From NCBI RefSeq assembly GCF_009914755.1, contig NC_060928.1: DNA of 64,000 bases. One strand, given 5' to 3'. Source of the stretch: the human T2T-CHM13v2.0 reference genome, Homo sapiens. Shown piece by piece: positions 56,921 to 64,000 of the stretch. The notes under the pieces were generated by a model. It had not been told where the DNA came from. It saw only the letters and a program-made list of their open reading frames with translations, and did not search any database. The position numbers were made by a program, and so were the translations under genes. Position 1 is the first letter of the stretch; every line of letters begins with the position of its first letter.

Positions 56921-59900
56921 TGCACAGGTGTTTGAATAAATCCATAAGCTTATACATTTATGTATTCTGTTCTCATGAAATTATGAACTCCCTGCAAACA
57001 GGAAGCACTTTTTAAACCTTCCTTATAACTTTACACTTCTCTAAGCAGTCATCCCCATCTATATTAGAAACTCAATAAGTAACCATTGAATCATTTGAGG
57101 ATTAGATTTGTCTCCTCCTATAGAGATTACTGAAGAGGAATTTCAGCATTTCCTTATACATTATGTGTGAAACAGGGTGACAATTTTTCCCAATTGGAAG
57201 CTTTCCCATTGTTACTGAGAAAAGACAATCTAGCATATTAGCTAGAAGCAGATAAAGTTCTCTATCTCTGAATTACATATCATAGAAAAATCTAAAAAAT
57301 CTTTGATATCTCTAAAGAAATACTGATTTATTCTTTTCTGAAATACAAGTCTCAAATACAAAAGGTTCCTGATAACTTAAATAAAAATGTAACACTATTC
57401 TAAATCACAAAGCATAATCTATCCCTATATTTTGGAGATCTGTGGACTAAAGAGATAATTTCTTACAGCCTCACAGCCTTCCCTCTCAGAAAACTAAGTC
57501 TTAATGGAAGAAGCAAAGGTGTTCTAGTGTCAGGGCCATGCAATATCCACATAATTCACAGGGGATGCTACTGGAAGGGTTGCACAGGGAAGGGGCAAGA
57601 GAATATTGCAGCAGCTTCCCAGTGGAAAGTCAATGTGAGCGATGAATGTTTCACTGATTCCCAGTGTCCTTAATGGATTGCTTATGCTGATTCTCCCCAC
57701 CTCCTCAACACACACCTCCACTTTAGTTGAATCTCTTCATATCTGTCCTGTCTCTTTTCTCTGTTTAGGCCAGTGGAGGAGGTTCACACTCACATCAGGA
57801 AGAGCCTGAGGATAAAGGGGAGCACAACATGTGTTTTGCAAATCAGTAAATCAATCAACTAATATTTATGGACTATTAAATTTGAGTGGAGCTATACATT
57901 TGCAAAGACAAAGGAAACAGGTATGATATAGAGGGGTTACCTTCAAGTCACTTACATTTTACATGCTGAGCCCTAACCAATGAAAAGATAGCTAGTAAAC
58001 ATATCTTTGGAATGGTTCTTACAAAACTATGGTGTGGTAATCTTCTCTTCCATAGAGCTTAGTTGCCTATCCCAATGAAGATGATTATTTTTATTTCTTT
58101 TTTTTATTTTTGTAAGTGCTGGGGATGGACTAGTCTAAACATAATATCATCTCTAAATTATACTGAAGACACTGAATATTGAAATAGAGTTTCTTGTGGC
58201 CTTCATGTAACATGACATGATAATGGTATAGCCTATTTGATATCACAGGGGAATTAAATTTGCTCTTTTTAATCATCTGGAAGAGAGCAATTTGGCATAT
58301 GTTGCAATTACAAGGATGCCTTTCTCTGAGACTATTTACAGAGATAGCCACAGCTTAAGACAGAAGAGCATTGTTTGATTTGAGAGCTGTAAGGAAGGGG
58401 ACGACATCAAAGGCTCCCAAATGTAGCCGGACACTTCGACTTCTCTGTACAGAAAGTTGATTATGGTCTGCAAAAGTGCACCAAGGGCATTGCTACACAC
58501 AAGTTCAGTCTTTCCTCATTGAAGGTTTATGGGGCTTGTAATGTCAAGATCCATGAATTTCAGGGACTGTTCTTGTCCTTGGATCAGATTTGGAAGCAGC
58601 TTTTGATCAGTGAAGTGAAACAATTAATTATAATAAATAATGCTACTAGAAATCCTCACACAGTCAGTTAAAGGAGGAGGGGAGCCAAAGAAATAAAGCT
58701 TGTCTCTGGCAGAATCTCATCATCTGGTCTGCCTGGACCCTATCCTGTTTGGCTACAGCAACCACAGCTCACTAAGCCTCTGGTGAAAGACACAGTTGCG
58801 CCATATTCTCAGCCAGTGGTGGTATTGGGTTTTGGAAGGGTGGAGGGGGTGATAAAAGAAGCTCAAAAGGATCAGAGAGGAATGCAAAATTGTTTTCCAT
58901 TCATCTGTATTTGATTGCTTTGTGCCCTGAAGCACATGATTTAATTATTTTCATCATTGCCTCAGCTTCCTCAGCTACCAATCTCATTGATGGCAATAAA
59001 ATTATTCAGCCTTTACAAAAAATGCAGCCATAATAATTCTTGACTCAATGAATACTTAAGGCTATAAAATCAGCTCCTTGAATGACTGCATCCAATTGAA
59101 AACACCAACCCAGGGCTTTCTCAACAATTAAAGTGAAATATAAACTTATGTGAGATAGAAGCGTCCTGCTTCTATATTCAAAATAGCTACCTGTTATTCG
59201 TTGCCTACAACTTATATTCGCTATCTCTAGTCCACACAAGAGCCCTCTGTGAAGACAATTTTTTTTCCCCTAAGGGAGCTCAAAAAAGCCCTGAGTCAGT
59301 GTTTTGAGTTGATTATTGTAAGGTGTGTGGGAGGGGGCAGGAGTGGAGCTGGAGAATGGCCAGAAATGAATGCTTGAAGTACAGACAAAAGCAAATCAAA
59401 AGATGAATGTGTAGCAGAAAATGCTGCAAGTGGAGAGAAATAGGAAGTTTCAAGCCCAGTCCAAAAATCACGTCAGAAACCTGGGGGAGATGTCAGAAAT
59501 GAACTACATGGCCCAGGACTTTCTCTAAAAGTGTAATTTTCTTGAAAGGCCCCAGCAAGAGGTAGTGGCTCTGTCTGGTACTCTCACAGCCTTCCCTTGC
59601 CATGTGTATGTGTTTTTTAAATGTGTGTGTGCACACAAGCATGTGTGTGCCTATGTGTGTGTATTTAAATTTAACCTCCTTTATTTTTGTAATCTCTTTA
59701 TTAAAAGTGCTTATAGAATCCAAATCTTGGCTCATTGTAAACTTAGATGAGTTAATTCTAAAGCTTGCTTTTTTCATCTGAAATCGGGGACAATAAAAAT
59801 GCTATTTCACAAAGTTTTGTGGCATAAATTGATGTGTAGCACTTAGCATAATGAATGTTTAAAATAAGTATACAATGATTGTCAATAATTACTCATTTTC

Positions 59901-60559
59901 TAATTTATTTACCTCTCCTCTTTCTTTCTTATATACTTGCTCACTTATTCACTTCCTTAAACTCACCATGCTGTTTTCAGATGATGTGTTGTTTAGCGCT
60001 GCATAAGTCCCCTCAGGTAGAAAGGATTGTGTTGGAGTGGCAAAGCTAGGAGTGTATGTGTGTTTGTATGTGTGTGCTAGTGGGCTGGGGGAAGTCATCT
60101 TGAGGATATGCTTAGTTAAAATGTGGTATCTATTCAATGACATTTTCCAACTCATATAAAGGTATATAAATATAAGGTGGGCATATAGTGCTAAGGTGGT
60201 ACTCAGCAGAGACCTGGAAAGTATTAGTGTCCTTGCCCTGTGGCTGGTTGGTTTTGTTCAAAGTCATGGATAGAGTGGTTTTTCCATTAAACATCTGGCC
60301 AGAGAGACATGGTTGACCACTTATTTCTCATCAACTGGTGGCTGAGAGATTTTAAGCTCTTTTATAACTTTCATGTTACTAGTCCTTCCTAAATGCATAT
60401 TTAACTTTATAAAAAATATATTTACTGCCACCCACTAGGAAAACTGTGAACTATAGTCACTCCTATGATTCCACTATTTCTCAGAGTTTACAAAGGGCAT
60501 TACTGGGCTGTCCATAAATACCTCAGGGTAATAGGTTGCTGATGGGGATTGTGACAAAG

Positions 60560-60780
60560 AGGACAGGTGGGTTTTAGTGTTGGGCTGTGTGGCTCTCAAT
60601 CTTAATTTCACCACTTATCAGTTATGTGACCTTGGGCAAACGACTTTATCTTACTGATCCTGAGTTTCCTTATTGTCTGTAATTAATTCCTATTTCCCAG
60701 AGGTGCTGTGAAGATTAAATGGGGTGAAGCATATTAAACGTCTATCACAGTATCTGGACCAGACTAAGTGTGCCATTAAT
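60560..60780 (+). mobile_element. MIR SINE
   Basis: 'ccacttatcagttatgtgaccttgggcaaa...gagtttcctt...ctatttcccagaggtgctgtgaagattaaatg'. Confidence 0.8.
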
Positions 60781-61522
60781 GTGAACCCAATTGCTACTGC
60801 CCAAAAATACTAAGGACGAATCCAAGCCTTGGTTAGGGGTTTAGATAAAATGATCTTTGAGAAACTGTCCAAGCCTAAGATGCTATGACACTGAGGTTAC
60901 AAACCAGGCAGGTATACTGAGAAGTGATGCCTTAAATTGCAGGTATTGCTACCTGTCCCTGCCTTCTCTTGTAAATTACTGCATGGCTGGGTGCACACAT
61001 CATCCGACCTCTTAGGGCTTGACATTTTCTAAGTATTAATGAGATGTTCCCATTTATATGATGGGAAATGATTGCTGATATTTTAAAATAAAGGGTACTA
61101 TATGTTCCTAAGCAATTAATCAGTGTGTTTTTGCCACATGAGAATGAATTTAAGCTATAGAGGGAAAATAGAATTTAGAGTTTAGAGCCCAAGACAGCTG
61201 TATTCAAGTTCTCATTCCTCCACTTAGACAAGTGGAGGTTAACCCTTTGACTTCTGCTTCCATTGCTGATGAAATGAGAATACTCACTACCCATTGGATC
61301 ATATGAGGATTAAATGAAATGAAGCACATAAAGCACCCACACATCATTTCTACCAATGAAAACAGTTATGATGCTCAAAGAATGGATTAACAAAATAATC
61401 ACGGGCAATAAAAATATCCAAATTAGATGCTAGAATTTCAAATTTAAAAAAGTTTCCTAATATTACAAGGGATGAGAAGTACTTATCAGAGTTTCAATTT
61501 CTTTCCTTTCTTTCCATTACAA

Positions 61523-61742
61523 TAGGTCTCTATAGACTTTGTCTAGAAAGGGCCAAATAGTAAATATTTTAGGTTTTACTAGCCATATGGTTTCTGTTGC
61601 AACTATGAAATTCTGCTGTTTTGTGATGACAGCAATAGACAATAGGTAAGTAAGTGAGAGTGGCTGGGCTCTGATAAAACCACTCACAAAAGCAGGCATC
61701 AAGCTGGATTTGGCTTGTAGGGGCATAGATTATCGACCCTTG
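61523..61742 (-). mobile_element. MER58A (hAT-Charlie MITE)
   Basis: 'aaagggccaaatagtaaatattttagg...ccatatggtttctgttgcaacta...gctggatttggc...cgacccttg'. Confidence 0.88.
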
Positions 61743-61939
61743 CTTTGGAATTTATCCAACAATTTCACTAAACATCTACGATGTTGAAAATACTGCCTTT
61801 GAATGTTCAAGATGCAAAGATGCATCAATATCTAGTGTAGAGAAATAAAACAAACACTTAAAACCAAAACAAAAAAAAATTCTAATACTAGAAAGTGATT
61901 GGCCAGTGTAGGCAAAAAAAAAAAAAAAAAAAAAAAAAA

Positions 61940-62150
61940 GTTGATAAGGTAATGACTAAAAGCCCATATCCTGGGTTGAATCTTGCTTTTTTGTCAATTT
62001 ATCATTATGTGACTTTGAGCAAGTTTCTAAACATCAGTTTGCTCTAGATCTATTACATAGTGATAATAGCTTCTAACTCACAGAGTTTTGAGGAGAATTG
62101 AACAAGATAATACACACAAAGTGCATAATAAGCAGTGAATACAGTTAGTT
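61940..62150 (+). mobile_element. MIR SINE, preceded by an A25 run
   Basis: 'cctgggttgaatctt...tgtgactttgagcaagtt...gtgataatagc...ctcacagagttttgaggag'. Confidence 0.7.
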
Positions 62151-62829
62151 ATTATCATTCAGAAGATTGAAGGAACACAGCTAATCACTGTTACTGTGCA
62201 ATCCCTACTCAAGCCACAGTGGACTAAAACCATTGTCTATGTTGCTTCCTCTTCCTGGTTTAACTTTTAAAATCCTACTCATCTTTAATGACAGTGAGAA
62301 GATATCTTTTCCTCTGGGAAGATTTCCCCACAATAACAGAGTTGATATACTATGGAGTCAGTACCTGCATTTATAACTCAAATTTTAGACGTCTTGATCA
62401 GGAGCTTCCCTTCACAGAATTAATCCCTGCCTCCTATCCTTCTCTTAGCAAGTTTTGTTCACAGCTATAGCATAACATGTGGTTCTCAACAGACTAATAC
62501 TATGTTGAGCCACGATGATATAAGAGGTGTTGCACACCAAGAGTTCCCACTTTGTCATTATAATCACCTGCCTACCAACTTCTTTACATTCTCTGTTGTT
62601 ACTGCCCTGTCAGGGATAGTCAAATACACTGTATGAATTTTAAATATTTTCTGTCTATAATATCTTCATCAATTTAGGACTGAAAGGGTTTACACCCTAC
62701 AATAAAGTTCTGCAAGGGACCTGCTCCTTATTTCACTCAGTCATTCATTCCTGCTGCCCAAAATAAAATACTGCCTTGTTTTCTCAGGCTCACTGATAGT
62801 GGGAAAAGAAGGGCATTGCTTAATCGTTA

Positions 62830-62908
62830 TTAGGTTGAAGCATAAAAATGGCGATGTTTTTGTAGGTCGGATGGTTGAATATTAGCAATTTCACATGGAT
62901 CAACCAAG
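62830..62908. mobile_element. MADE2 (Hsmar2-derived mariner MITE), degenerate
   Basis: TTAGGTTGAAGCATA...TTTTTGTAGGTC...GCAATTTCACATGGATCAACCAA, ~80 bp with imperfect TIRs. Confidence 0.78.
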
Positions 62909-63486
62909 TGATATTGTTATCATTATTATTGTGGTAGTGATTTGTGCTTTTTGATTAGAGTTTGAGCTGAAAATGAATTTCCACAATGGGCAGAAATATG
63001 GATGTCATGATTCTTATTTGTGTATGCAATTAAATATCTATCTCTTTCGGTCCTAGCTGCAACAACTTAATCAATGTTTAATCATTTCACCAACAAATAT
63101 ATATAAATATATGCTTTATATATTGCCATTAGTTTATTAATTCAGCAGGTGCTTTATAATGTTTCCAATTCACATTCATGCATTTTTTCAAACTAAATAA
63201 AGAAGAATTGTATGTCCTTGGAAACTCTCCAATTTGGGATGGGAAAAAGAATTGGAGGAGAAGAGAGCAAGCTACCAGTCATGGAGGGACTACTGCACGC
63301 TGAGCACTCTGTTGAGTGTTTTCTACAACCAGTATTCTTTACAGTCCTTCAATCGCTTTGGGAGATATTGTGCTAACTTGTGGAAAAGGAAACAGAGGTG
63401 GAGAGACTGTATGTTCAAGTTTGTCAGGATAGTCTTGACTTACACCTATTGTCTGGGCAGAAAAGCATGCCCTCCTTAGAGCTAAA

Positions 63487-63782
63487 TTTTTTTTTCCTTG
63501 GCAGAGGTGGATGGAATCTCACTCTGTTACCCAGGCTATACTGCAGTGGTGTGATCTTGGCTTACTGCAAACTCCACCTCCTGGGCTCAAGCGATTCTCC
63601 TGCCTCAACTGCCCTAGTAGCTGGGATTACAGGCATGCACCACCATGTCCGGCTAATTTTTGTATTTTTAGTAGAGACGGGGTTTCACCATGTTGGCCAG
63701 GCTGGTCTCAAACTCTTGACCTCAAGTGATCCACCTACCTCACCCTCCCAAAGTGCTGGGATTACAGGCGTGAGCCACGGCA
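63487..63782 (-). mobile_element. AluSx/Sz-type SINE
   Basis: Reverse Alu, GAGACGGGGTTTCACCATGTTGGCCAGGCTGGTCTCAAACTC...GGATTACAGGCGTGAGCCAC. Confidence 0.95.
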
Positions 63783-64000
63783 TACTTGAGCTTTGAACCC
63801 CCAAGTTACATTAATATCTATATGACTATGCCTCTCACACTGTCTGGTACATACAGTTGTGTTAAATATTTGTTTAGTATTTTGTTTTTATAATGATTTG
63901 AGGAATAAACTTTTTATCCTGTGGGATATATCTCGGGCATGATCATTTGATTTGGGGGAAAACTTGCTCCAATTGATAGAAAATCAAATGACCGTAATAA

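Noticed and set aside
61217-61238. 9-bp hairpin CCTCCACTT-agac-AAGTGGAGG
   Set aside because: A few stems of this length are expected by chance in 64 kb; it lies in MIR-like sequence
61915-61939. Orphan A25 run (also A18 at ~40806-40823) suggesting a processed pseudogene tail
   Set aside because: No upstream mRNA-like body, polyA signal or TSD; best explained as homopolymer expansion at the start of a MIR

Overview
This is primate (very probably human) genomic DNA: AT-rich, CpG-depleted, and with no recognisable protein-coding exon, RNA gene or prokaryotic-type system. It reads as intergenic or deep-intronic sequence, and a large part is interspersed repeat. Repeats seen: ten near-full-length Alus, one AluJ split in two, one unusual Alu remnant, L1 fragments of several ages, L2 and MIR relics, solo LTRs (LTR12/ERV9, MER41, MER57, MLT1/MST, older ERVL types), DNA transposons (MER30, MER33, MER58, MADE1, MADE2) and microsatellites. 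The ORF-track entries are explained by Alu, L1, LTR or low-complexity sequence, or are short chance ORFs. I find no support for a new biological system. The best leads are: (i) an intact LTR12 promoter firing leftward toward inverted Alus; (ii) a GAS-containing MER41; (iii) a perfect 22-bp palindrome in unique DNA; (iv) a TSD-flanked Alu remnant of only ~78 nt plus tail; (v) two AluYs sharing a non-consensus transversion; (vi) a candidate non-coding exon; (vii) multi-level transposon nests. Subfamily names come from remembered consensus sequences, and boundaries of old repeats are approximate. RepeatMasker/Dfam should confirm them.
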